DNA of 64,000 nt. Origin: Candidatus Kaiserbacteria bacterium RIFCSPLOWO2_01_FULL_45_25 (GTDB lineage: Bacteria > Patescibacteriota > Minisyncoccia > Phycocordibacterales > UBA918). The position numbers were made by a program, and so were the translations under genes. Shown one piece after another: positions 1 to 7,621 of this stretch. The stretch spans positions 51,600 to 115,599 of the forward strand of contig MFLT01000001.1 of assembly GCA_001781415.1 (NCBI GenBank), given 5' to 3'. The notes below the pieces were generated by a model that saw only the letters and a list, made by a program, of their open reading frames with translations, ran no database searches and had not been told where the DNA came from. The number at the start of each line of letters is the position of its first letter. The stretch's first letter is position 1.

Positions 1-202
1 GAAGGGGAGTATCGCGAGGAGATAGTTAGTAAAGAAGTGTGGCATGAATGGCGACCAGTGTGGATTTCAGTTTCTTAAACCTAGCCATCGCAACTACTTC
101 GTTGTAACCCCACACACCTCGGAGCTGCTTCGTAATGGGCACCCATGACCCCCGTCGTACGTCTAGGTACACCATCTTTAATTTCCATCGTCCACAACAT
201 CT

Positions 203-271
203 ACTTATCATCGATGATAAGTAGATGTTTAAATTAACGCATTCACTTAACTTATCATCGATGATAAGTAG
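203..271. promoter_or_regulatory. Two copies of a perfect 22-bp palindrome ACTTATCATCGATGATAAGTAG (203-224 and 250-271), about 130 bp upstream of the HAD hydrolase gene
   Basis: Read directly: identical self-complementary 22-mers 47 bp apart, centre ATCGAT; candidate operator pair for a dimeric DNA-binding protein. Confidence 0.5.
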
Positions 272-398
272 AACGTGGTTGATATTATCTTCGTATTCTT
301 TTGACTTGTCTTTTTCCTCTAACCAACCCACAAAACGGGAGGGTCATACTATCGCTATAGTCATACATGATTTTTAATGTGGTACCATTAGTCTATCT

Positions 399-1085
399 AT
401 GCAGAAAATAGCCTTTTTTGATATTGACGGTACGGTATTTCGCTCTAGCTTACTCATTGAATTAGTTGGGGCTCTTATTGATAGGGGACATTTTCCCCCT
501 GATGCCAAAGAAGAATTTAGGGCAGAGCACGAAGCGTGGCTTAATCGTGAGGGAACCTACGAAGATTATATTGATGCGGTTGTGCAGACTTTTCGGAGTC
601 ATTTACAGGGCGTGCACTATGGCGACATGGCTGATGTTGGGCGACAAGTGGTGGCTGTACAAAGACGTCGAGTATATCGCTACACCCGTGATTTGATTGC
701 TGATCTTCAGAAAGATAATTACCACATCATCGCCATCTCACAGTCGCCAAAGACAGTACTTGATGATTTTTGTATGCAGTATGGTTTTCATAAAGTCTAT
801 GGTCGTCTCTATGAGATTGGCCCTCAAGATAGATTTACTGGCGTGGTAACCGATGAACATTGGATCAAGAATAAAGCCAACATCGTGAAGCGGGTCCTAG
901 ATCATAATCCCGAATTCACACTTAAGGATTCCGTGGCGGTTGGCGATACCGAAGGGGATATTTCACTTCTTGAGAGTGTTGAACATCCAATTTGTTTTAA
1001 TCCCAACCAAGCGCTATACACACACGCCAAACGCATGAAGTGGGAAGTGGTGGTGGAGCGAAAAGATGTTATCTATCATTTATAA
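399..1085 (+). CDS. HAD-superfamily hydrolase, subfamily IB (SerB-like phosphatase)
   Basis: N-terminal FFDIDGTVF (DxDGT motif I) and C-terminal VAVGDTEGD (motif III); 228 aa. Confidence 0.75.
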   Translation: MQKIAFFDIDGTVFRSSLLIELVGALIDRGHFPPDAKEEFRAEHEAWLNREGTYEDYIDAVVQTFRSHLQGVHYGDMADVGRQVVAVQRRRVYRYTRDLIADLQKDNYHIIAISQSPKTVLDDFCMQYGFHKVYGRLYEIGPQDRFTGVVTDEHWIKNKANIVKRVLDHNPEFTLKDSVAVGDTEGDISLLESVEHPICFNPNQALYTHAKRMKWEVVVERKDVIYHL

Positions 1086-1093
1086 AATATATT

Positions 1094-1120
1094 AAAAAGG
1101 CTCCCAAATGGGAGCCTTTT
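1094..1120. terminator. Bidirectional rho-independent terminator between convergent HAD and MFS genes
   Basis: Hairpin GGCTCCCAAATGGGAGCC flanked by A-run and T-run. Confidence 0.6.
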
Positions 1121-1201
1121 GATTGGGTTCAAACAGGACAGATAAACCCCTCCTTGGGGCGGTTTTGGAGCTGTGGGAGGGGTATAAATAACAAGTCCTG
1201 G

Positions 1202-2401
1202 TTATCTGCTGTCGGTGAGTCGTAGGGTACTAAATGCACCTAAGACCATAAGCAGAGCCAATACTATAAAAGCGAGGTTAAAGGGAACAAAGAAGAGAGA
1301 GATACTGGCCACCAATGTGCCGACCAAGATACCTAACGGTCGCGTTAGTCTAAACAGACTAATGAGATTTGAGTCACGCCCTTTCACCTGCTTAAAGAAA
1401 TAACTCTCGGTAGTAACTTCAACTAGGCTGGCTCCAAATCGACTAAAGAACATTACGGACATCCAGGTGGCTATGCTAGAAGATGACATGGCATAAATGC
1501 TAGCTGAAGCAATAGCGAGGACAACAAAACCAAGGGCCATCATTTCTTTTTCACCAATTAATTTGTCGGCTAGAACACCGGTTGGATATTCAAAAATCAC
1601 AAACGCTAGCAATCCAACCGCAATAATTTTACTGATGGTTTCCCAATCAAATCCAACTACAGTAGCTAAGAATAATGGTATGTAGATAATCGCCCAAGTG
1701 TAAAATATTTGTAGTAAAAATTGAGTGAACATAACGGTCGAGACGTCTCTATTTACAAAAGCCGCTTTAACGAGGTCGCGGACGCGAATGGTGACATATT
1801 CGGGGTCGTAGAAGTTTCTAAACTTAGCTATTAAGACACCAATAAATAAAAATCCAATGGCGGCTGAGACGAAATAGACACCAGCTAGGTTGTCTGTATC
1901 ACCAATGATATAGCCCATGGCGATGGGTGAACAAAATGCCGCTAAACTCATTAAAGTTAGGATGAGACCACGCTTACTGCCAGTAGAGCCTTCAGCATCG
2001 CCAATTAGAGTCTCGAGAAAAATATCAACGTTAAAATAAATTTGCGGAAAGAGGGCGGTGTAAATAATAAACGCGATAATGGTGATGGTTGGACTAGGAG
2101 CTGAGCCCACAATAGTGAGCATGAACATGATGGTTAACATCATTGATATAGTGGCGGCGACGTTACCAATAGTACGCAAGATTCTCGGGAGCAATAGTGT
2201 GATTATGATTGCCAAAAAAGCCGAGACCGCAAACACCAAACCAACAAACTCTGGTCTGATGAATTGCTCCAGGTAGGTAGAGCCGACGTAAGCCGTTACT
2301 AGCGACTGGAAGGTAAAGATAATTGATATTATGTATACCAGCGTAAATGATATCGCTTTACCTGGTCCATCATTCGTAAAAAGGTGACGATAAAAATCCA
2401 T
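1202..2401 (-). CDS. MFS-type membrane transporter
   Basis: 399 aa, about 12 hydrophobic helices, typical MFS length and topology. Confidence 0.6.
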   Translation of the reverse strand: MDFYRHLFTNDGPGKAISFTLVYIISIIFTFQSLVTAYVGSTYLEQFIRPEFVGLVFAVSAFLAIIITLLLPRILRTIGNVAATISMMLTIMFMLTIVGSAPSPTITIIAFIIYTALFPQIYFNVDIFLETLIGDAEGSTGSKRGLILTLMSLAAFCSPIAMGYIIGDTDNLAGVYFVSAAIGFLFIGVLIAKFRNFYDPEYVTIRVRDLVKAAFVNRDVSTVMFTQFLLQIFYTWAIIYIPLFLATVVGFDWETISKIIAVGLLAFVIFEYPTGVLADKLIGEKEMMALGFVVLAIASASIYAMSSSSIATWMSVMFFSRFGASLVEVTTESYFFKQVKGRDSNLISLFRLTRPLGILVGTLVASISLFFVPFNLAFIVLALLMVLGAFSTLRLTDSR

Positions 2402-2428
2402 AGTACTAGTGTACTATGGATTTTTATC
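2389..2428. repeat. 40-bp near-perfect palindrome (18-bp arms, 4-nt centre) spanning the MFS start codon, in the RNase J to MFS intergenic region
   Basis: GATAAAAATCCATAGTAC-tagt-GTACTATGGATTTTTATC; the arms are exact reverse complements. Confidence 0.6.
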
Positions 2429-2457
2429 ATATCTCGGTTGTGCTTGTGGGTTGTGCC

Positions 2458-4440
2458 TTATACTCCGATTAGAACGGGAATTACCATCGGTGTCTTTTGG
2501 GTCTTTTGCATCAAGAAACCACTAACAACATCGGTAAGTTGGTCTTTGACCAAATCAAGATCAATTGGGTTCATGTTTTCAGTTTCTTTCTCGACGGTAC
2601 GCTTGATGAGTACTCGGGCTTCAGAAAGTAGTTGCTGGTTTTCACGTAGGTACACAAAGCCACGAGAGATGATGTCTGGTGATTTGCGAAGCTTACCAGT
2701 CTTGCTGTTTACAGTCGCAATAATCACAAACATACCATCTTGGGCCAAGGTGAGACGGTCACGAAGTACCACTTCTTGTTTGATACCAACAGTGAAGCCG
2801 TCCACCATCATGAGTTCAGTTGGAATCTTCACTGAGTGACGGATAAGTTCAGTTCCGTTCTTGATATCAATGATTGTTCCGTTATCTGGAACGACAATGT
2901 GATCCTTTGGGAAACCGTTTTCTACAGCGGCGTACATGTGACTCTTGAGGTGGTAGTGGTGTCCATGAACTGGTACCAAGAACTTTGGTTTAACAGCTTG
3001 GTGTACCCAAACTAGTTCGCCGGCGTTACCGTGACCTGAAGAGTGAACGTGTGAACCTTTGTAGTTAATTACGCGGACGTTCTTGCGGTAGATATTGTCC
3101 TTAAGTTTTTGTACAGCAATTTCGTTTCCAGGAATAATTGAAGAGGAGAGGACGACCGTATCGCGTTCGGTAAGGATAATTTGCTTGTGCTTGTCAGTCG
3201 CCATACGCATCAGGGCAGCAAATTCTTCTCCCTGGGCTCCAGTTGAGAGGATAACAATCTTGTCACTTGGGTAATCACCAATATCTCCTGCATTGATGAA
3301 GGTGTGTGGCTTTACTTCAAGTAGTTTAGCAGCAATGGCAATGTCGATGTTGGTCTTGATACTGCGACCTTCCATTACTACCTTCTTACCAGTGTCTTCA
3401 CAGGTCTTGATGATACTAATGAGGCGGTCGAATTGTGACGCAAAGGTACCAATGATGAGACGTCCAGTGGCAGCGCGGATGATGTTATCTAGTGTTTCGT
3501 ACACTAGATTTTCTGAAGCAGAAAAGCCTTCACGGTCGGCGTTAGTTGAGTCACACAAGAGTACAAGGTTGTTGTTTAGACCAACCTTTTCCCAAGAAGC
3601 ACGCTCTTCAACAACGACTTTACCACCTTCGTGAACGAGCTTGATGTCTCCGGTAATAACCACGTCACCCCACTTAGTTTCAATAGCTACTCCCATCGCG
3701 TCTGGAATAGAGTGAGTAACCGGGAAGGTCTTTACTTTCATGCCACCAACAGTAAAGCTTTCGCCTTCTTTAACGACCTGCATAGTCACAGGGTCCATGT
3801 GTGGGAACTCTTCCTGACGCTTCAAAATCATCAGTGAGGTGAGGTATTGAGTGTAGATTGGTGGATTACCAATACGTTCCATAATAAATGGAATACCACC
3901 AATGTGGTCGAGGTGACCATGAGTCACAATGAGGGCTCGCAACTTGTGTTTACGCTCCTCGATGTACTGGGTGTTTGGAAGAATGTAGTTGATGCCTGGA
4001 GCATTACTTTCTTCAGACACGAATTGGAAACCGGCGTCAATAACAACCATATCGTCTTTGGTTTCGACGATAATCATGTTGCGACCAATTTCTTCTACTC
4101 CAGAAACTGGAATAACACGTACGGTGTTGTCATCAATTACTTCTGGTAGTACAGGGTTCTTTTCGTTAGTAAGGGTCATGCGGTGAGTCAGGGCTGGAGC
4201 AGTATTGCTGCGACGGCGGTGTTGTTGTCCGCCACGGCGCTTGCCACGTCCACCTTCGGCTTTGTTGCGTCCGCCACCGTTTCCGCCGGTGTTCGGTCGG
4301 CCACCTTGTGGGCGAGTCTGAGGGCCGTAGCCACCACTGCGTGGGGTACGTGGTCGTCCACCATACTCACGACGAGCAGGTGGTCGGCTACCAGTTGATG
4401 GCGTGGCTGAATTTTGGATTGGTTGTGAATTTGGGTTCAT
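2458..4440 (-). CDS. rnj: Ribonuclease J (metallo-beta-lactamase / beta-CASP RNase) with an about 87-aa Gly/Arg-rich N-terminal extension
   Basis: THGHLDHIGG zinc motif, beta-CASP region, 660 aa; start is 4 nt after the stop of the upstream SBP gene (possible coupling); an alternative internal Met lies at 4177-4179. Confidence 0.85.
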   Translation of the reverse strand: MNPNSQPIQNSATPSTGSRPPARREYGGRPRTPRSGGYGPQTRPQGGRPNTGGNGGGRNKAEGGRGKRRGGQQHRRRSNTAPALTHRMTLTNEKNPVLPEVIDDNTVRVIPVSGVEEIGRNMIIVETKDDMVVIDAGFQFVSEESNAPGINYILPNTQYIEERKHKLRALIVTHGHLDHIGGIPFIMERIGNPPIYTQYLTSLMILKRQEEFPHMDPVTMQVVKEGESFTVGGMKVKTFPVTHSIPDAMGVAIETKWGDVVITGDIKLVHEGGKVVVEERASWEKVGLNNNLVLLCDSTNADREGFSASENLVYETLDNIIRAATGRLIIGTFASQFDRLISIIKTCEDTGKKVVMEGRSIKTNIDIAIAAKLLEVKPHTFINAGDIGDYPSDKIVILSTGAQGEEFAALMRMATDKHKQIILTERDTVVLSSSIIPGNEIAVQKLKDNIYRKNVRVINYKGSHVHSSGHGNAGELVWVHQAVKPKFLVPVHGHHYHLKSHMYAAVENGFPKDHIVVPDNGTIIDIKNGTELIRHSVKIPTELMMVDGFTVGIKQEVVLRDRLTLAQDGMFVIIATVNSKTGKLRKSPDIISRGFVYLRENQQLLSEARVLIKRTVEKETENMNPIDLDLVKDQLTDVVSGFLMQKTQKTPMVIPVLIGV

Positions 4441-4444
4441 ATGT

Positions 4445-6184
4445 TTAATTTATTTCGTTAATTGTATCGGTTGAATCATTTTGAAAAATTGGCCACACAA
4501 CCTCTGTCTTGGCGTACCAGTTTGATACGTTCATGAATCGGTCTGATGGTTTGCCGAGTGTGCTCATCGGTGTCGTCGTAATCGTCTTGTCTATCACGTA
4601 CGCAATCGTTGGTGCAAAAAGGAATATGGCAGGAGTCTCTTGATTGATGGCGTTACTGACTTCATTCTGCAATTGTGCTCGTTCAGCGGGGTCCTTTGAA
4701 TTTCTGGTCTTCTCTAATAGTCTGTCCACAGCGATGTTGGTGTACTGGGCAATATTGAGTCCCGGGTCATCTTTTTGGGATGAGTGCCAAAATGGATAGA
4801 GGTCTTCAGTACGGTTGGTGTCTAATCCAAAGAGTACAGCTTGAAAATCACGAGACCGGATAACTGATTGTACGAGACCGGCCTGCTCATATTGTTCAAC
4901 TTGAATTTCAACTCCAAGTTCGCGCCAGATGGCGGCAATACGGGTCGCTGTTTTATCAAATAACTCGCTGTTACTTGTCTTTAAGGTGAAACTGAGTGTT
5001 TCAACAGTATCGTCTATTTCCTTTTCCCAGAAACCAGCGGCATTTTGTTCCCACCCTCCGTCTACGAGGATATTTTTGGCGGTTTCAATAGGAGAGATGA
5101 TGCTTTCTTCTGTCTCAGTACTCTCTGATTCTAACTCACTACTACTTGATAGGGTAGGTTTAGTGATGGGGACACCGTAGCCGTTAAGGATTTCATCTAC
5201 TAGGGCATCTCGGTCGATAGCTACATTTAATGCTTCGCGAGCAGCTTTGTCACGGAGTGAAGCAGAGCGGTTTTGATTAAAAAAGACCCCAAAGATACGT
5301 GGTAGTGGTTCTGTTAGGACGCGAGTATCGTCAGTGATAAAGTTTTGAATCTCAGCTGTGGGTAGGTAGACAGTAGCACTCAGCTCCTTGTTGGCAAAAG
5401 CAGTTTTGAGTTGGTCTTCATTTTGGAAAAATCGGAGTTCAATACCAGATAGGTTTGGATTGTTTTGGTTGTTTGGGGCTGGCTTCAGAGAATAGCCACT
5501 GATAAGTCCAGAGGCATCACGTCGTACTTCTTTAATACTAAATGGTCCAGAACCAATTGGTTCAGTGTTGTATTGGCTAAATGGCAATTGCTCAATCGGG
5601 AGATTGCTCCAGATGTGGCGTGGCATGATGCCGAGGGTAAAGTTTTCGATAAACGGAGAGTAAGCTTCAGCTAAGTTAACAGTTAGTTCATATTCGTTAA
5701 CTTCTGTAATAGTGACATCACTCCAGTTGCCTCGCAGTGGACTCTTGAGGTCTCCGTCTTGCACTAGGCTGTAAGTGTAGACCACATCACGGGCAGTCAG
5801 GGGTGTGCCGTCGTGGAAAGTACGATCTTTGCGAACAACAATGGTGTAGGTTTTACCGTCTTCAGATAGGGTAATACTTTCAGCGATATCTGGCACCAAT
5901 GTACCCTCTACGTCGATTTTCATGAGGCCACTATAGACCAGAGCAACGGTGTCTTGGTCGGCGCGTGTGATAGCGAGCGCTGGGTTAATGAAACGGGGAA
6001 TTCCAACAATACCTTCGGTCAATATACCACCACGGGCTGGGGTTGGGTTAGAGTTTTCTTGATTCATTGAATACAGGAAGAAGATGCCCGAAAAAATAGT
6101 CAGGAAAAACAAACTACGAAGGAGAAGACGGTCGCTTGGTTTGCGACGTTCAATTAATCCAAATAATCCATCAAGAGTAAGCAT
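4445..6184 (-). CDS. ABC transporter substrate-binding protein, family 5 (OppA/DppA-like), N-terminal membrane anchor
   Basis: 579 aa, N-terminal TM helix, overall similarity to peptide/nickel SBPs. Confidence 0.55.
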   Translation of the reverse strand: MLTLDGLFGLIERRKPSDRLLLRSLFFLTIFSGIFFLYSMNQENSNPTPARGGILTEGIVGIPRFINPALAITRADQDTVALVYSGLMKIDVEGTLVPDIAESITLSEDGKTYTIVVRKDRTFHDGTPLTARDVVYTYSLVQDGDLKSPLRGNWSDVTITEVNEYELTVNLAEAYSPFIENFTLGIMPRHIWSNLPIEQLPFSQYNTEPIGSGPFSIKEVRRDASGLISGYSLKPAPNNQNNPNLSGIELRFFQNEDQLKTAFANKELSATVYLPTAEIQNFITDDTRVLTEPLPRIFGVFFNQNRSASLRDKAAREALNVAIDRDALVDEILNGYGVPITKPTLSSSSELESESTETEESIISPIETAKNILVDGGWEQNAAGFWEKEIDDTVETLSFTLKTSNSELFDKTATRIAAIWRELGVEIQVEQYEQAGLVQSVIRSRDFQAVLFGLDTNRTEDLYPFWHSSQKDDPGLNIAQYTNIAVDRLLEKTRNSKDPAERAQLQNEVSNAINQETPAIFLFAPTIAYVIDKTITTTPMSTLGKPSDRFMNVSNWYAKTEVVWPIFQNDSTDTINEIN

Positions 6185-6269
6185 AAAATGCGTGCAAAAT
6201 AACTAGGCAGAGATTAGCTCTGCTTAATTAATTTGAAAAATCGATTCAGTTAATAAGACTCAGGAAGAC

Positions 6270-6509
6270 TTATACAAGTATGTTCAAGAAAGTAGCAAAG
6301 ACAAAGAGAACAGCCATTCCTGCTGCAAATTTGAAGAGGAATAGTTCTGCTCCGCGACGCTTGTGAAAAGCGGAACTAAAATTGTCGCCACCGAAAGCTC
6401 CTCCTAGACTTGAGCCGCGTTGCTGAAGCAAAATAGCAGCCACAAGTAGAATAGAGAGAGTTATCTGAACGTAAGGCAGTGCCGGTTGCACTGTTTGTAT
6501 GATTTCCAT
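6270..6509 (-). CDS. secG: Preprotein translocase subunit SecG
   Basis: 79 aa, two TM helices with a Gly-rich loop (LLQQRGSSLGGAFGG). Confidence 0.6.
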   Translation of the reverse strand: MEIIQTVQPALPYVQITLSILLVAAILLQQRGSSLGGAFGGDNFSSAFHKRRGAELFLFKFAAGMAVLFVFATFLNILV

Positions 6510-6571
6510 GTGAGGCGATGATACCAGAAACCCTGCTTTGTGGCAAGATGAGGCGGTTGGGTTAAAGAAGT

Positions 6572-6705
6572 ATCACCTTAGGTGGTGGTTTTCCGAGTAC
6601 GAGGCAGGCTGCTGCAGCCGACCGCTCCCTTTGGGGTCGCGGCTCGGCTAAGCATCTGCCAAAGCAAAGCATAGTCGACACTTCGTGTCTCTTTGCTTAT
6701 GCTTT
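6572..6705 (+). ncRNA. Candidate structured RNA or cis-regulatory element, copy 1 (homologous to 46443-46610)
   Basis: About 78% identity to the second copy over about 100 nt; compensatory changes in two predicted stems (AGCCGA/TCGGCT vs AGCTGA/TCAGCT; GACAC..GTGTC vs GACGC..GCGTC); inner GC hairpin CCGACCGCTCCCTTTGGGGTCGCGGCTCGG. Confidence 0.45.
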
Positions 6706-7124
6706 ATACTACATATATACTCATGAAATCATCGCTATCCACTTTTGTTACCAAACTTCAGAATAATCCCTGGTATGCCGCTACGATGGTGGTCCTCGCT
6801 TTTGTCGGGGCTGGACTCTTGGGGTATGAGTTCACCGCGTACGCTAGGCCGGAAATTGTCGTGATTACCGTTCGTCTCGACATATTTATCGCTTGTATCT
6901 TCATGACTGATTTCTTCCTTGGGTTATTTTTTAATACTAAGTACACCAAAGCTGACTACTGGAAGAAAAACTGGCTCGACTTCATTTCTTCTATTCCAGT
7001 GACGGCCGACATGGCTCGAGCTCTGCGTATCTTGCGTGCCTTACGTGCGCTGCGCGTTATCTCATCCACGCTTGATGTGTACTTCACACGACGCAGGTAT
7101 TTGAGTATTAAAAGTAAAAAATAA
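6693..7124 (+). CDS. Voltage-sensor-domain-only ion transport family protein (S1-S4, no pore domain); real start possibly the Met at 6723
   Basis: Four TM helices; fourth helix with a regularly spaced Arg ladder RALRILRALRALRVIS (S4-like); stop followed by a terminator, no S5-S6 coding downstream. Confidence 0.5.
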   Translation: MLMLYTTYILMKSSLSTFVTKLQNNPWYAATMVVLAFVGAGLLGYEFTAYARPEIVVITVRLDIFIACIFMTDFFLGLFFNTKYTKADYWKKNWLDFISSIPVTADMARALRILRALRALRVISSTLDVYFTRRRYLSIKSKK

Positions 7125-7132
7125 GTTCATCG

Positions 7133-7154
7133 GCCACCGCTGGTGGCCTTTTTT
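7133..7154 (+). terminator. Rho-independent terminator after the ion-transport gene
   Basis: GGCCACCGCTGGTGGCC hairpin plus TTTTTT. Confidence 0.7.
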
Positions 7155-7182
7155 GACACCCCTGTTGGCTGCACAGTATAAT
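7153..7182 (+). promoter_or_regulatory. Sigma70-type promoter for groES-groEL (TTGACA-N18-TATAAT)
   Basis: Consensus -35 at 7153-7158 and -10 at 7177-7182; no CIRCE inverted repeat visible. Confidence 0.55.
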
Positions 7183-7275
7183 ACGGTCATCACGTGGGAA
7201 AGATAACGGCTGAAACGGATTTTTTGCGTGGTCAAATCTAGATTAATGTTAATAACGTAAAGTATTTATAAAAAT

Positions 7276-7611
7276 ATGTCAGAAAATAGTAAGACAAACG
7301 AAAGTCCAATCAAGCCTCTAGGAGACAAGGTCATTGTCCGACCGCTCGCTGAAGAGGAGTTTGGTGCAGTATCTCCTTCAGGCATAATTATTCCGGATAC
7401 CGCCAAGAAAGATAAACCAGAACAAGGTATTGTAATTGCGGTTGGTCCAGGTAAATGGGACGAGGACGGTGAAAAGCGTCTTCCACTTGATGTAAAAGTC
7501 GGTGATCGAATTATCTTTTCTAAATACGGATACGACGAAGTAAAGATTGATAAGAACGACTACTTCATTGTCGGAGAGAACAGTATTCTTGGAGTGTTCC
7601 TTACAAACTAA
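7276..7611 (+). CDS. groES: Co-chaperonin GroES
   Basis: 111 aa, typical GroES sequence, immediately upstream of groEL. Confidence 0.9.
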   Translation: MSENSKTNESPIKPLGDKVIVRPLAEEEFGAVSPSGIIIPDTAKKDKPEQGIVIAVGPGKWDEDGEKRLPLDVKVGDRIIFSKYGYDEVKIDKNDYFIVGENSILGVFLTN

Positions 7612-7621
7612 ATTTTCAGCT

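Noticed and set aside
26-331. 101-aa minus-strand ORF
   Set aside because: It spans the twin perfect palindromes and has no domain signal; most likely a non-coding regulatory region. The plus-strand frame 1-78 may hold the last about 25 codons of an upstream gene, but that is too short to support.
7130-7275. Search for a CIRCE (TTAGCACTC-N9-GAGTGCTAA) HrcA operator upstream of groES
   Set aside because: Only a plain TTGACA-N18-TATAAT promoter is present; no CIRCE-like inverted repeat found by eye, so no HrcA site is called.
7547-7621. In-frame upstream extension of the groEL ORF (track start 7547)
   Set aside because: It overlaps the groES 3' end; the canonical GroEL N-terminus MAKQVIFGEE begins at 7622.
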